Shown here piece by piece: positions 20,348 to 31,230 of a stretch of 64,000 bases of DNA. The translations under genes and the position numbers were made by a program. Position 1 is the first letter of the stretch, and every line of letters begins with the position of its first letter. The notes under the pieces were generated by a model that had not been told where the DNA came from, made no database searches, and was given only the letters and a program-made list of their open reading frames with translations. Source of the DNA: Bacteroidota bacterium (lineage in GTDB: Bacteria; Bacteroidota; Bacteroidia; AKYH767-A; OLB10); assembly GCA_024638565.1 (NCBI GenBank), contig JAHEKC010000005.1, positions 519-64,518 on the forward strand. The letters are read 5' to 3'.

Positions 20348-20962
20348 CTATCCGGCTGGTCCCTGATTGGTATTTACACCTTCAAGTTCCGTAACGCCGC
20401 CTGAAATAATAAACTTCATCATTACGGTGCCGGAAACGTCTATGGCGGTGACATGCTGCTTTGGTACGATGAACAACTGGCCGTTGAACCCGTATGAAAA
20501 GGGAAAGTAAACGGCGATCTTGCCTTTCGGCAGCCCAATGGAGGTAAGGTCATCCTCGGTTACGAATCCGATCCGGTGCATTTCCGGTTCATTGGTAGTC
20601 TTCACCAGCACCGGCTTGTTGAACCGTTTCTTCTCACCCACGAATGCTTCCACGAGGTCTTTCACCGCCGTGTAAACAATTTTGATGAACGGCGCACGCA
20701 GCATACCCTTTTCGAATATGCGAAAGACCGGGTTCGCCACCAGGTGCGTGGCAAAATATCCGAATGCCGTGATGACTACCACGATGATCAGCAGGCCCAG
20801 GCCGGGGATGTCGTAGGTGCCGTACCCCGGAATGTCCACGGGAAGCTGGAACGGCAGCAGGTTGTCCACCCACCGGACCACGACAATAAGCACATAGAAG
20901 GTGACGATTACGGGTACGGCGACCAGCAGCCCCTGCAGGAAATAGTTGATAAGCTTGCGCAT
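20348..20962 (-). CDS. DUF502-domain membrane protein
   Basis: 204 aa. Two N-terminal transmembrane helices followed by a conserved soluble domain with the DUF502-like pattern. Confidence 0.65.
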   Translation of the reverse strand: MRKLINYFLQGLLVAVPVIVTFYVLIVVVRWVDNLLPFQLPVDIPGYGTYDIPGLGLLIIVVVITAFGYFATHLVANPVFRIFEKGMLRAPFIKIVYTAVKDLVEAFVGEKKRFNKPVLVKTTNEPEMHRIGFVTEDDLTSIGLPKGKIAVYFPFSYGFNGQLFIVPKQHVTAIDVSGTVMMKFIISGGVTELEGVNTNQGPAG

Positions 20963-20999
20963 CGGGATAGAAGATTAACGGTTAGAACGCGGCGTACCG

Positions 21000-21842
21000 T
21001 CAGCGAAGTTTTCCTTCGAACGGCTCGCAGTTGTCGTTGTACTTTCTGGACAGCGTGAAGTTGAGCTGTACCATGGCGAACATATACCAGTCCTTGTGCG
21101 CCGCATCCCCGCGCTGGCGATCTGTATTGAGGTCGGTGTTCATGTCAGGCGTACGGTCCGAGAATAATACGGCCATGGGGCCGTTCTCCGCCAGCAGGAC
21201 AGCCTTGTCGGGGTATGTGGTGCTGATATCGTCCAGGTAGTCGGTATAGGTGCGACGGGCACCCACTTCGATGTTAAGCCCGAATCGTTCACCCAGCCGG
21301 AATTTGAAGCCGCCCCCGAATGGTATGGCGATCTGAAGCCGCCGGTACCTGGTGCGGTCTGGGTAGGCAGCGGTGCCCTGGCCTTCCGTGCCGAGTGGCT
21401 GCAATTCGAACCAGTCATCGCCAAGCTGGCCTTTCGGATTGAATCTGAATACGGAGACCCCTCCCATAAGATATGGCGTCCAGGTGCTACGGCGGTTGGC
21501 TGTCTGGAATTCGAAAAAGTTGAACTCGAATACCATATGGCCTTCCAGCAGGCTTGACTTGAAATTCAGGTTCCGGAATTGATTAAACGGATCCGAAGTT
21601 CGCGAGTCATCGCCGGAAACGGTGCCATAGTACCCGCCAAGCCGGTATGACCACCGGTTGTTGAAGCTGCGCCGGAAGTGCACCCCGGCGGCGAAATGCC
21701 AAAACCGGGTCTGGAACAGGCTGTGGCTGATATCCCCTTTATACGAGGAGATGCCGAGTGCAATACCCAGTTCGGAGCTTTGCGCCCGGGAGACCTGGAG
21801 GGTGCACGCCAGCACAGCCGCCAGCAGGAATAATTTCTTCAT
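21000..21842 (-). CDS. DUF6089-like outer-membrane beta-barrel protein
   Basis: 280 aa. Signal peptide MKKLFLLAAVLACTLQVSRAQ. Motifs GISSYKGDI, YGTVSGDD, YTDYLDD. It is a paralog of the next gene. Confidence 0.6.
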   Translation of the reverse strand: MKKLFLLAAVLACTLQVSRAQSSELGIALGISSYKGDISHSLFQTRFWHFAAGVHFRRSFNNRWSYRLGGYYGTVSGDDSRTSDPFNQFRNLNFKSSLLEGHMVFEFNFFEFQTANRRSTWTPYLMGGVSVFRFNPKGQLGDDWFELQPLGTEGQGTAAYPDRTRYRRLQIAIPFGGGFKFRLGERFGLNIEVGARRTYTDYLDDISTTYPDKAVLLAENGPMAVLFSDRTPDMNTDLNTDRQRGDAAHKDWYMFAMVQLNFTLSRKYNDNCEPFEGKLR

Positions 21843-21894
21843 GCATGCGCTCTTTCAGCAAAGAAACGAAGCAAAGATAAAATTGGTATAAAGG

Positions 21895-22815
21895 TCAGAA
21901 AAGGGGATACACCTGGCGTCCTGTCCGGAGCTTGTAATTTATGGTGACCATGCCGAACATATAGGAATCCGTGTAGCGGGGGTCTCCCCGCTGGGCGCCA
22001 GGAGCAGTGATGTAATAAAATTGCTTAGAGGAACGGTCGGCGAGTTCGACGGCAAGTGCACCTACTTCAGGCTGCTTTGCCAGGATATTCGGGCTCACGT
22101 ATGTCCGGCTTGCATCGTCGATATAATCCGTAAAGGTTTTGCGGATGCCGTATTCGATGCCGATGCCCCAGCGTCTGCTGATGGTGTATTTGAAGCCGAT
22201 CCCCACGGGGATGCAGAACTGCAGCCGGCGGTACTTGCCGCGTGTTTCCAGCAGCGTCTGCCCTTCGGTATGAAGCGGATGCAGGGAAACCCAGTCACCC
22301 CCTTCAGAAAGCTGGGCTTTCGGGTTGAAATGAAACAGGCCCACGCCCACGAAGACATAAGACATCATTTCGTACCCGCGTTGTCCACGCACGCCACGCA
22401 GCCGATACCGGTGTCCCACCTGATCCTTGATAAAGGCGAACTCACCGTTGACATTCCATTCCAGGATATGCGACTTGAAGCTCAGGTTCCGGTAGCTGCG
22501 GAAGAACTCCTTTGTCGTCTTGTCATCACCGGACACATGCCCGTAGGTCAGGTGCGTGTTCAGGGAAAAAGAACGCGATATCTTATACCGGTACCCGATC
22601 TGGATGGCCGGTTGCGTTTCAGACCACTCGTAATCTTTGAAAAAGTGAGTGCCGATCTGGTCCGCACCACCAAGTTCCCCGAGGAAGTTGGAGGCACCGA
22701 TGCCGATGTTGATTTCACCACGCATGCCTCTCCACCTGTTCTTAAGCCGCTGGGATTCACTCTCCAGTGGATAAAGAAACAGGAAGACCAGCAGGGCCGG
22801 AATAAACTTTCTCAT
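21895..22815 (-). CDS. DUF6089-like outer-membrane beta-barrel protein (paralog)
   Basis: Start taken at ATG 22815 (MRKFIPALLVFLF); the track ORF begins at a GTG at 22836. Motifs GIGASNFLGELGG, YGHVSGDDK, FTDYIDD match those of the 21000-21842 gene. Confidence 0.6.
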   Translation of the reverse strand: MRKFIPALLVFLFLYPLESESQRLKNRWRGMRGEINIGIGASNFLGELGGADQIGTHFFKDYEWSETQPAIQIGYRYKISRSFSLNTHLTYGHVSGDDKTTKEFFRSYRNLSFKSHILEWNVNGEFAFIKDQVGHRYRLRGVRGQRGYEMMSYVFVGVGLFHFNPKAQLSEGGDWVSLHPLHTEGQTLLETRGKYRRLQFCIPVGIGFKYTISRRWGIGIEYGIRKTFTDYIDDASRTYVSPNILAKQPEVGALAVELADRSSKQFYYITAPGAQRGDPRYTDSYMFGMVTINYKLRTGRQVYPLF

Positions 22816-22881
22816 AGGGTTTGAATAGGTATCCACAAAAATAAATGTTTCAGTTCAAAGATAATAAACGAACAGGCTCTA

Positions 22882-23757
22882 TTAATTCCTTGAATCCAGG
22901 CCCCAGTTCAGCTTGTTTCTTAGGGTTTTAAGAAAATTCCCCTCATGCAATCGGATGATATTGAAGGTAAATTCTTCCTTTCTTACAGCAAACTGGATGC
23001 TTGAATCGATCGTAACGGACCTTGAATCCAGTGAAGCCAGGAAGTACTGGCTTCGCCCTTCTACCTCGAGGGAAATCACATTCTTATCAGATACTACGAC
23101 AGGACGCACGTTCAGGTTATGGGGTGCGATGGGGGTAATGACGAAATTGCCCGACCTGGGTGCCACGATAGGGCCTCCGCAGCTGAGCGAATATCCCGTC
23201 GATCCGGTGGGCGTGCTTACGATCAGGCCGTCAGCCCAGTAGGTTGTCAGGTACTCGCCGTTGAGAAAGGCGTGGATCTTGATCATGGAACTGCTGTCCT
23301 TTTTGTGAATGGTAAGTTCATTGAGTGCGAAGTTGGTCTTGCCGAAGACGGATTTATTGGTTTCGAGCCTCAGCAATACCCGCTCATCCACGCTGAAATT
23401 GTTACGCAGCAATTCGTTGAGGGCGGATTCCGTTTTGTCCGAACTCGTGCTGGTCAGGTAACCCAGCCTTCCGGTGTTGATTCCGAGCACCGGAATCCCG
23501 GACTTGCGCACCATGGTAACCGTGTCCAGCATGGTACCGTCTCCGCCGATGCTGATAAAATAATCGACATTTCCTTTCAGCTCATCAGCAGATCCGAACA
23601 CCTTAACCTCGGGTGGGAGCTCCATCAGCTGCTTTAACATGGTATAGCAGGAGTCGAACAGGTACAGTCCCATGCCCGATTCCCGGGCATGACTGATCAG
23701 CGTTTGGAAACAGGGTACCGCATTATCCACCTCGCGGCCGTAAACAGCGATGTTCAT
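22882..23757 (-). CDS. nadK: NAD kinase
   Basis: 291 aa. The GGDGTML motif and NE/D short motif are present; the length is typical. Confidence 0.85.
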   Translation of the reverse strand: MNIAVYGREVDNAVPCFQTLISHARESGMGLYLFDSCYTMLKQLMELPPEVKVFGSADELKGNVDYFISIGGDGTMLDTVTMVRKSGIPVLGINTGRLGYLTSTSSDKTESALNELLRNNFSVDERVLLRLETNKSVFGKTNFALNELTIHKKDSSSMIKIHAFLNGEYLTTYWADGLIVSTPTGSTGYSLSCGGPIVAPRSGNFVITPIAPHNLNVRPVVVSDKNVISLEVEGRSQYFLASLDSRSVTIDSSIQFAVRKEEFTFNIIRLHEGNFLKTLRNKLNWGLDSRN

Positions 23758-23803
23758 GCAAACAAAAGTAAGATTCTCTGGGTTAGGTCCCGGTCACGAC
23801 CGT

Positions 23804-25255
23804 TCAGAAGATGGGTGCGGTAAAGTGAAGGAACAGGCCATGTTCGTGGAGCCGGTTCCAAGTATACTCCAGCCGGAACACCAGGTCATAATAGGTTACG
23901 TAATCCATGCCCACGCCGAACCCGTGCTGGTACTCGTTCGACAGCGGGCTCGTATCCCCGAACTGGTTGTCGCGTGCGTATCCGGCGTCATAAAACAGGT
24001 TGGCGTAAATCGCGAACGGAATGCGATTGAATTTCTCATGCGGGATGAAACGTGTTTGCACCACGCGTTCAGGGACGAGCGTATACTTGATATTCGACTT
24101 GAACAGCAGGTAATGCTGGCCATTGATAACATAGAATTCATAACCCCGGATGAAATTGCTGCCGTATCCCAGCCCCCGCTGATTGTAATAAGGGGCATGT
24201 GAGCGGCCCGAAACCTTTCCCTTTATCCCCGCGGCGGCATGCAGGCGTCGTCCCAGCGCCCAGTACTTCCGGTAATTGCTGGTTATGGCGATCAGGCTGG
24301 GTTCATTTTGCAGCGCGCCGATGCCGATCTTGAATACCTCGAAGTCCAGGTAATGTCCCTGCAGCGGGTACTGCTTGATGTCGCGGTGATCATTCTTGTA
24401 CCGGTAGGATATAATGAACAGTTGCTGCGTGGATTCGCCCGGCAGGAAATAGTCTTCGTTGTAATACAGGATGCTGTCTGATATCGTGTTATCCTGGAAC
24501 TGCAGGGATACGGTATGGTAATCGTGAATGCCCTGGCGATGCGTGAAGCTGACCCCGGCCCCGATCTGCCGGCGCACATACTCATCGTCGTTCCGGTAAT
24601 ATTTAAGCTTGCTGTCGCCAAGGCCGTAGGCGATCTCGTGATTGCGGGTATAGGTCAGGCCGAAGGCCAGTCCGTTTACCTGCCTGCGGTTGACATAAGG
24701 GACTGTATAAAACAGGCCCAGGCGCTGGGAGTACCCAAGCCTGACCAGCAGGCTCAGCTTTTCCTTGCGTCCGCGAAAGTTATCTTTTGTGATATATGCG
24801 CCGTAATTGGTGCGTGAAAAATCCTTTGTAAGCCACCATTCGTTAAAATTCCGGTCCACCAATTCAAAAATCGGCAGCGGCCACAGGTACCACCGTTCAG
24901 ATACGTGAACGATTACATGCGTTCGCGAAGGATCGTTGGCATCAGGCTGGTCGTAAATGTCTACAAAATTGAACAGCGAGGTGTTCAGCAGGTTTTCACG
25001 GCTGCGCTGCATGGTCCTGGCCAGCACGTACCGCGGAAGCCTGTCTCCCTGGTGGAAAATAAGTTCCCGTGTGATGATAAAAGGCTTGGTGGTACGGTTC
25101 CCCGTGATGAGGATTTCAGCAACCTCCACCATACGGGATTCAGCAGGGACCGAGTCCGCAGCCGTTGTCAGTGTGTCCTGGGCCGTCGCCGTCAGGGCAG
25201 CGCAAAGCAGGCTCACCGGTAAAAGCCGGATGACGAACCTTGAGGCCGGACGCAT
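23804..25255 (-). CDS. Omp85-superfamily (BamA/TamA-like) outer-membrane protein with a single POTRA domain
   Basis: 483 aa. Signal peptide. POTRA-like EILITGNRTTKPFIITRELIFHQGD. A C-terminal beta-barrel ending in an aromatic residue (...HFTAPIF). Confidence 0.65.
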   Translation of the reverse strand: MRPASRFVIRLLPVSLLCAALTATAQDTLTTAADSVPAESRMVEVAEILITGNRTTKPFIITRELIFHQGDRLPRYVLARTMQRSRENLLNTSLFNFVDIYDQPDANDPSRTHVIVHVSERWYLWPLPIFELVDRNFNEWWLTKDFSRTNYGAYITKDNFRGRKEKLSLLVRLGYSQRLGLFYTVPYVNRRQVNGLAFGLTYTRNHEIAYGLGDSKLKYYRNDDEYVRRQIGAGVSFTHRQGIHDYHTVSLQFQDNTISDSILYYNEDYFLPGESTQQLFIISYRYKNDHRDIKQYPLQGHYLDFEVFKIGIGALQNEPSLIAITSNYRKYWALGRRLHAAAGIKGKVSGRSHAPYYNQRGLGYGSNFIRGYEFYVINGQHYLLFKSNIKYTLVPERVVQTRFIPHEKFNRIPFAIYANLFYDAGYARDNQFGDTSPLSNEYQHGFGVGMDYVTYYDLVFRLEYTWNRLHEHGLFLHFTAPIF

Positions 25256-25918
25256 TTATATGTTCAGGTATTTCATGAACGCATCATAGCGTTCCTGCAA
25301 GTCCTCGGAAAATTCGCTTTGATGGTAATGACCGGTAATCTTGTAATTATATCGGGTAAGCGCGGCGAGGATCCGCGTCAGGTCCACCCGGTTCACCTTG
25401 ATAGTCACTTCTGTTTTCAGGTGATCGGCAGCCGGCACGGCGCTGACGCTGATGATACTTGCATCGTGCGCCTCCACCAGCTGGGCGATTTCGGAAAGCA
25501 TGTAATCGCGCCTTTCAATTTCCAGCTGGATAATACCCCCTTCGGCATTGACGGCATTCACGTCGGCAATGCATTCCAGGAGGTCCCAGATGGTGATCAG
25601 CCCGGCGTACTGGTCTTCCTCGTCCAGGACGGGAACGACCGGGTACCGGTGACCGGTGGCGAACTTAAGCGCATCATAAATGTGCTGGTGGCTGTAAATA
25701 CAGGCGCGGTCAAGGGGCAGGTCGAGCGTGGAGATGGCGCCAGAGCGATCCTTGAGTACCAGCAGGCTTGACTCCGAAATGATGCCAAGAAAGCGGCCGT
25801 TTTCGATTACGGGCAGGTAACGCAGCCCGAACTGCTCCATCCAGGCCAGCGCGCGGTCGCCTGAATCACTGCTGAGCAACGGGGGGACCGTATCTTTGAT
25901 GAGAATTTGCGCGATCAT
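25256..25918 (-). CDS. CBS-domain-pair protein
   Basis: Start taken at ATG 25918 (MIAQILIKDT). The upstream extension in the track ORF is low-complexity. Two CBS motifs are followed by a C-terminal ACT-like region. Confidence 0.7.
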   Translation of the reverse strand: MIAQILIKDTVPPLLSSDSGDRALAWMEQFGLRYLPVIENGRFLGIISESSLLVLKDRSGAISTLDLPLDRACIYSHQHIYDALKFATGHRYPVVPVLDEEDQYAGLITIWDLLECIADVNAVNAEGGIIQLEIERRDYMLSEIAQLVEAHDASIISVSAVPAADHLKTEVTIKVNRVDLTRILAALTRYNYKITGHYHQSEFSEDLQERYDAFMKYLNI

Positions 25919-25984
25919 GCCGAAACCCGGACGTGTAAAGGCCCGGCCGTGAAGCAAACATAGTATTTTTGGGTGTCTGTTGAC

Positions 25985-26707
25985 ATGACAAGGCTTAGTG
26001 TAAACATAAACAAGGTAGCTACCCTGCGAAATGCGCGTGGTGGTGATATACCCGATGTGGCCCGGGCCGCGGTGGATTGTGAACGCTTCGGGGCCGAAGG
26101 CGTGACCGTGCATCCGCGTCCGGACGGCAGGCATATAAGGTATGATGATGTGCGTGCTATCGCACCACTGATCCGGACCGAATTCAATATCGAGGGCTAC
26201 CCTTCGGCAAGCTTTCTTGAACTGGTGGAAGCGGTGCGGCCGCACCAGGTGACACTGGTCCCCGATCCACCGGATGTACTCACGTCAAATTCCGGCTGGC
26301 AGGTCGGGGAACACAAAGCGTTTCTGCGTGAAACCGTGGACAGGCTCAGGGGGAACGGCATGCGCGTATCGTTGTTCATGGAGCCTGATCCGGATGCCAT
26401 GGAGGAAGCGGCCAAAACCGGCACGGACAGGGTGGAACTGTATACAGAATCCTATGCCGCGGGATTTGCATATGACCGGGATGAAGCGGTGCGTCCGTTC
26501 GCCGCGGCGGCAGCTGCCGCCCGCGCGGCAGGGATGCAGGTCAACGCGGGCCATGATCTAAACCTCGACAACCTGGCTTTCCTGGTTTCGAAGATTCCTT
26601 TTTTGTCGGAAGTCTCCATTGGCCATGCCCTCATCAGCGATGCGCTGTATATGGGGCTTGAAAATGCCATCGGGATGTACAAACAGCAACTGGCCATCCA
26701 TGCATGA
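25985..26707 (+). CDS. pdxJ: Pyridoxine 5'-phosphate synthase
   Basis: MTRLSVNINKVATLRNARGG... TIM-barrel PdxJ signature. The track ORF begins at a GTG at 25973; I prefer the ATG at 25985. Confidence 0.85.
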   Translation: MTRLSVNINKVATLRNARGGDIPDVARAAVDCERFGAEGVTVHPRPDGRHIRYDDVRAIAPLIRTEFNIEGYPSASFLELVEAVRPHQVTLVPDPPDVLTSNSGWQVGEHKAFLRETVDRLRGNGMRVSLFMEPDPDAMEEAAKTGTDRVELYTESYAAGFAYDRDEAVRPFAAAAAAARAAGMQVNAGHDLNLDNLAFLVSKIPFLSEVSIGHALISDALYMGLENAIGMYKQQLAIHA

Positions 26708-26924
26708 TGGCTTCAGCCGTGCCTGGCGTTACCGATGGCTATTTGGAATCGCTCTTGCCGGACTTGTTCCGCAGGCGAGAGTCGAAATTCTGCTTTCTTG
26801 ACGGACGTGACTTGCCACGCGTGCCAATCTGCAGTTTCCCCTTTTTTGTCCTTTTGTCTCCTTTACCCATTGTGGTGCTTTGATCGTAAAGTTAATCGAT
26901 TTCATTAACCGTGCGGCAGTCGTT

Positions 26925-28163
26925 TCAATAGAGGTTTCTCAACCTGATCGTATGCTTCAGTTTTTTAAGCTTGTCCATCAGCCCCGGCGGTGACTTCCGG
27001 TCAATATCGAACACCACGTACCCGATTTCATCCCTGGTCTTCAGGTACTGACCCAGGATATTGACCTTCATGCGGGAAAGGACGCCATTGATATCCCCCA
27101 GGACACCTGGAACATTCCGGTGGATGTGCAGCAGCCTGTGCGCATGGCGCTGGACCGGCAGGCTCAATTCAGGGATGGAGCGTGCGCCGGTGCTGTCACC
27201 GGTTTCGAGGTAGCTGACCATTTGGGTGGCTACGTCGATGCCAATCTGGCGCTGGGCTTCCATGGTCGATCCGCCGATATGTGGAGTGAGGATGACATTG
27301 GGCAGGCCGTGTACGGGTGTGGAGAATGCATCACCGGTGACGGCCGGCTCTTCCGGAAATACATCAAGCGCTGCCCCGCCGGTATGCCCTTTTTCAACCG
27401 AACGCCTCAGGGCCTCCAGGTCGACCACGTCGCCCCGGCTGAGGTTGATAACCGAGCTTCCTTTCTTCATCCGTGCCAGGAATTTTGCATTGACCATATT
27501 TTTGGTCGTCCGGGTCGCGGGTACGTGCAGGGTCACGAGATCGGATTTGCGGCATAACTCGTCTACCGTGCGGGCCGCGGTGGCGTTCCCCAGCGGCAGC
27601 CGGGGAATGACGTCATGGTAAATCACGCGCATACCCATGGACTCCGCGAGAATGGAAACCTGCGAGCCGATATGGCCATAGCCCACGATACCCAGCACCT
27701 TGCCGCGTACCTCGTGACAGCCGGCGCTGTCCTTGAGCCATCGGCCGTCCCGGGCCGCCACGCTCTTCTCAAAGGTCCGGCGGAGCAGGTAAATACAGTG
27801 CGCGATGACAAGTTCGGCCACCGACCTGGTATTCGAATACGGTGCGTTGAAGACAGCCACCCCCCGGCCGGAAGCGGCCTTCATGTCCACCTGGTTGGTG
27901 CCGATACAGAAACAGCCTGCTGCAATAAGTTTTTGAGAGGCCTCCAGGTATCCGGTCGTAAGCCTTGTCCGGGAACGGATGCCGATGAGGTGTGCGCCGG
28001 ACGCTTTTCGCAGCAGCTCATCGCCGGTAAGGCTCTTTCGAATGGTCTCCACGCCCGTGTACCCGTGCGCGCGGAACAGGGCCGCGGCGGAGCCATGAAT
28101 GCCTTCCAGGAGAAGGATGCGCACTTTGTCGCGCGGGTAGGAGGTGGTCACCTGGCGGGGCAT
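26925..28163 (-). CDS. serA: D-3-phosphoglycerate dehydrogenase with a C-terminal ACT domain
   Basis: ATG at 28163 (MPRQV..KVRILLLEGIH). GIVGYGHIGSQV NAD-binding motif, catalytic R/E/H residues and an ACT tail. Confidence 0.85.
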   Translation of the reverse strand: MPRQVTTSYPRDKVRILLLEGIHGSAAALFRAHGYTGVETIRKSLTGDELLRKASGAHLIGIRSRTRLTTGYLEASQKLIAAGCFCIGTNQVDMKAASGRGVAVFNAPYSNTRSVAELVIAHCIYLLRRTFEKSVAARDGRWLKDSAGCHEVRGKVLGIVGYGHIGSQVSILAESMGMRVIYHDVIPRLPLGNATAARTVDELCRKSDLVTLHVPATRTTKNMVNAKFLARMKKGSSVINLSRGDVVDLEALRRSVEKGHTGGAALDVFPEEPAVTGDAFSTPVHGLPNVILTPHIGGSTMEAQRQIGIDVATQMVSYLETGDSTGARSIPELSLPVQRHAHRLLHIHRNVPGVLGDINGVLSRMKVNILGQYLKTRDEIGYVVFDIDRKSPPGLMDKLKKLKHTIRLRNLY

Positions 28164-28302
28164 GATGCAAGGATAACAAATAGGCACGGACAGCGTTCCC
28201 GCGGAGCGGGCTGCGGAAGGGCTGCGGTGCTGCCGGGAAACAGCGCCGGTTCCGGGAAAATGTCATAGGTTTGCTTTCCCCGATTTGTAAATTAAGACCC
28301 CT

Positions 28303-30174
28303 ATGAAAAAGTACCTGATTTTCATCCTAGTTTTTATGACCACCACTGCTTTTACCCAGAACAGAACCATCCCTTTACGGGATTTCTTCCGCAACCCGGA
28401 TAAGACCGCCTACCGCATATCCCCGGACGGAAATATGTTTTCCTACCTGGCACCTTATGAGTCGAGGCTGAATGTGTTTGTTAAGGAAATTGGAAGTGAT
28501 GAGGCCAGGAGGGTCACCTCGGAAACTGAACGCGATATTGGCGGCTATTTCTGGAAAGGCAACAGCCATATTCTTTATGTAAGGGATTTCGGCGGTGACG
28601 AAAATTTTCACCTGTTCCGCGCCGGTGTCGACGGTTCGGATGCCGTGGACCTGACACCGTTTAAGGATGTACGTGTTTCCATTGTCGATGACCTGGAAGA
28701 CTTTGATGATGAGATCATCATCAGCATGAACAAACGCGACCCCAAGGTGTTCGATGTGTACCATATGAAAATCTCCACCGGGGAAATGAAGATGATCGCT
28801 GAAAACCCCGGTAATATTTCCCGGTGGCTTACCGACCATGACGGCAAGCTCCGCGTGGCGTCAACCACGGATGGCGTGAGCACCAGCCTGCTTTACCGGG
28901 AAACCGAGGAGGATTCGTTCAGGATCGTGCTGACGACGAGTTACAAGGAGAGCGCTGACCCGCTGTTCTTCACTTTCGACAACAAGAACGTTTATGCGGC
29001 GAGCAACCTGGGCCGGGACAAATCCGCGATCGTGCGTTTCGATCTTGCCACGGGAAAAGAGATTGACATCATCTTCGAACACCCGGAGGTGGATGTGTAT
29101 TCCCTGCGGTACAGCCGTGACCGGAAGGTGATTACCTATGCGAACTACGACAGGGCGAAGCCGGACCGGATTTTTTTCGACGACATCATGAAAGGAATCT
29201 ATGCACGTGTGCAAGCGGAGTTCGGTGAACGGTATCATGCCGTGATCACATCCTCCAGCAGGAAAGAGGATAAGTTCCTGATCCGAACCTATAGTGATCG
29301 CTCCCTGGGGGCCTATTATTTCTATGACATCAATACGGATAAGCTCCGCAAGTTGACGGACGTGAGCCCCTGGCTTAACGAAGAGGAGCTTTGCGAGATG
29401 CAGTCCATCACCTATGTATCCCGCGACGGGGAGACCATCCATGGCTACCTGACATTGCCGCGGGGCAAGGAAGCCAAAGGCCTGCCCGTGGTCGTGCACC
29501 CGCATGGCGGGCCCTGGGCGCGTGACCGCTGGGGCTTCGACCCCGGTGTGCAGTTCCTGGCCAACCGGGGCTATGCCGTACTGCAGATGAATTTCCGAGG
29601 ATCCACGGGGTACGGGCGCCGCTGGTGGGAGATCAGTTTCAAGCAGTGGGGCAGGACCATGCAGGATGATATTACGGACGGGGTCAAATGGCTGATCGGG
29701 GATGGCATTGCTGATCCGAAACGCATCGGCATCTACGGCGGCTCGTACGGGGGATATGCCACCCTTGCCGGTATCACCTTCACTCCCGACCAGTATGCCT
29801 GTGCAATAGATTACGTGGGTGTGTCCAACCTGTTTACATTCATGGAATCGATTCCACCCTACTGGAAGCCGTACCTTGAAATGCTGTATGACATGGTTGG
29901 CCATCCGCAGAAGGACTCTCTTGACCTGAGAGCCGCCTCCCCGGTTTTCCATGTGGATCGCATCAAATCGCCGCTGCTGGTTGCCCAGGGAGCAAAGGAC
30001 CCCAGGGTCAAGAAAAGCGAAAGCGACCAGATAGTGGAAGCGTTGCGCGGCAGGGGAGTGGAAGTGGAATACCTGGTTAAGGAAAACGAAGGTCACGGTT
30101 TCCGCAACGAAGAGAACAGGTTCGAATTTTACGAAGCCATGGAAAAATTCCTGGCGCGCCATTTGAAAAAGTGA
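28303..30174 (+). CDS. S9-family serine peptidase (prolyl oligopeptidase/dipeptidyl-peptidase type), secreted
   Basis: 623 aa. Signal peptide. N-terminal beta-propeller and a C-terminal alpha/beta-hydrolase domain with GGSYGGY around the nucleophile. Confidence 0.85.
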   Translation: MKKYLIFILVFMTTTAFTQNRTIPLRDFFRNPDKTAYRISPDGNMFSYLAPYESRLNVFVKEIGSDEARRVTSETERDIGGYFWKGNSHILYVRDFGGDENFHLFRAGVDGSDAVDLTPFKDVRVSIVDDLEDFDDEIIISMNKRDPKVFDVYHMKISTGEMKMIAENPGNISRWLTDHDGKLRVASTTDGVSTSLLYRETEEDSFRIVLTTSYKESADPLFFTFDNKNVYAASNLGRDKSAIVRFDLATGKEIDIIFEHPEVDVYSLRYSRDRKVITYANYDRAKPDRIFFDDIMKGIYARVQAEFGERYHAVITSSSRKEDKFLIRTYSDRSLGAYYFYDINTDKLRKLTDVSPWLNEEELCEMQSITYVSRDGETIHGYLTLPRGKEAKGLPVVVHPHGGPWARDRWGFDPGVQFLANRGYAVLQMNFRGSTGYGRRWWEISFKQWGRTMQDDITDGVKWLIGDGIADPKRIGIYGGSYGGYATLAGITFTPDQYACAIDYVGVSNLFTFMESIPPYWKPYLEMLYDMVGHPQKDSLDLRAASPVFHVDRIKSPLLVAQGAKDPRVKKSESDQIVEALRGRGVEVEYLVKENEGHGFRNEENRFEFYEAMEKFLARHLKK

Positions 30175-30207
30175 ATAGAATCAAATGGACACTAATGATA
30201 TTAATAT

Positions 30208-31230
30208 ATGAGCAAGGTGACTACGCTGGGACAGTTTATCATCGAAAGGCAGGGCGACTTTCCCTTCGCGAAAGGGGAATTGTCCAGGCTGCTGCGTGAC
30301 CTGGGGATTGCCGCTAAAATCGTAAACCGGGAGGTGAACAAGGCCGGGCTGGTCGACATCCTGGGCGAGGCGGGTACCGTGAATGTGCAGGGCGAGCAGG
30401 TGAAGAAGCTGGATGTGTTCGCCAACGAGCAGTTCATCACCGCGCTGAGCTCGGGTGGCGAATGCTGTGCCGTGGCGTCTGAGGAGAACGAGGATATGGT
30501 ACCCATTGATACCATCGTCTCCAAGAATGCCAAGTATGTGGTATGCATAGATCCGCTCGATGGCTCTTCGAACATAGACGTCAACGTCTCAATAGGCACG
30601 ATCTTTTCCATATACAGGAGAACTTCCCTTTCCGGATCAGGTGTGCTGTCGGATTTCCTGCAAAAAGGAACCGAGCAGGTGGCGTCCGGATATATCACCT
30701 ACGGTTCGTCCACCATGCTGGTGTATACGACAGGGCGGGGTGTCAACGGCTTTACGCTGGATCCCTCGATCGGGGAATTCTGCCTTTCGCATCCGAACAT
30801 CAGCATCCCAGAGGACGGGTTTCTGTATTCCATAAACGAGGGCAATTACCTGCACTTTCCTGACGGCGTCAAGCAGTTTATCAAGTATTGCCAGGAAGAG
30901 GACGAGGCCACGCGCAGGCCATTTTCAACACGCTATATCGGGTCGCTGGTGGCGGACTTTCACCGGAACCTGCTGAAAGGCGGGATCTTCATTTATCCTT
31001 CCACCGCGCGTTCACCCAAAGGCAAACTCAGGTTGATTTATGAATGCAACCCGTTGGGCTGGATCGTCGAGCAGGCGGGCGGAAAGGCAAGCAACGGATA
31101 CAAGCGCATCATGGAAGTAGAACCGGAATCGCTGCATCAGCGCACGCCTCTTTTTATCGGCTCGAAGAATTTGGTCGAGAAAGCGGAGGCCTATATGACG
31201 AAGTATTCGCCCCAGCCGGTCGCTTCCTGA
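30208..31230 (+). CDS. fbp: Fructose-1,6-bisphosphatase class 1
   Basis: 340 aa. [12 protein letters not shown] metal-binding motif and FBPase I length. Confidence 0.9.
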   Translation: MSKVTTLGQFIIERQGDFPFAKGELSRLLRDLGIAAKIVNREVNKAGLVDILGEAGTVNVQGEQVKKLDVFANEQFITALSSGGECCAVASEENEDMVPIDTIVSKNAKYVVCIDPLDGSSNIDVNVSIGTIFSIYRRTSLSGSGVLSDFLQKGTEQVASGYITYGSSTMLVYTTGRGVNGFTLDPSIGEFCLSHPNISIPEDGFLYSINEGNYLHFPDGVKQFIKYCQEEDEATRRPFSTRYIGSLVADFHRNLLKGGIFIYPSTARSPKGKLRLIYECNPLGWIVEQAGGKASNGYKRIMEVEPESLHQRTPLFIGSKNLVEKAEAYMTKYSPQPVAS

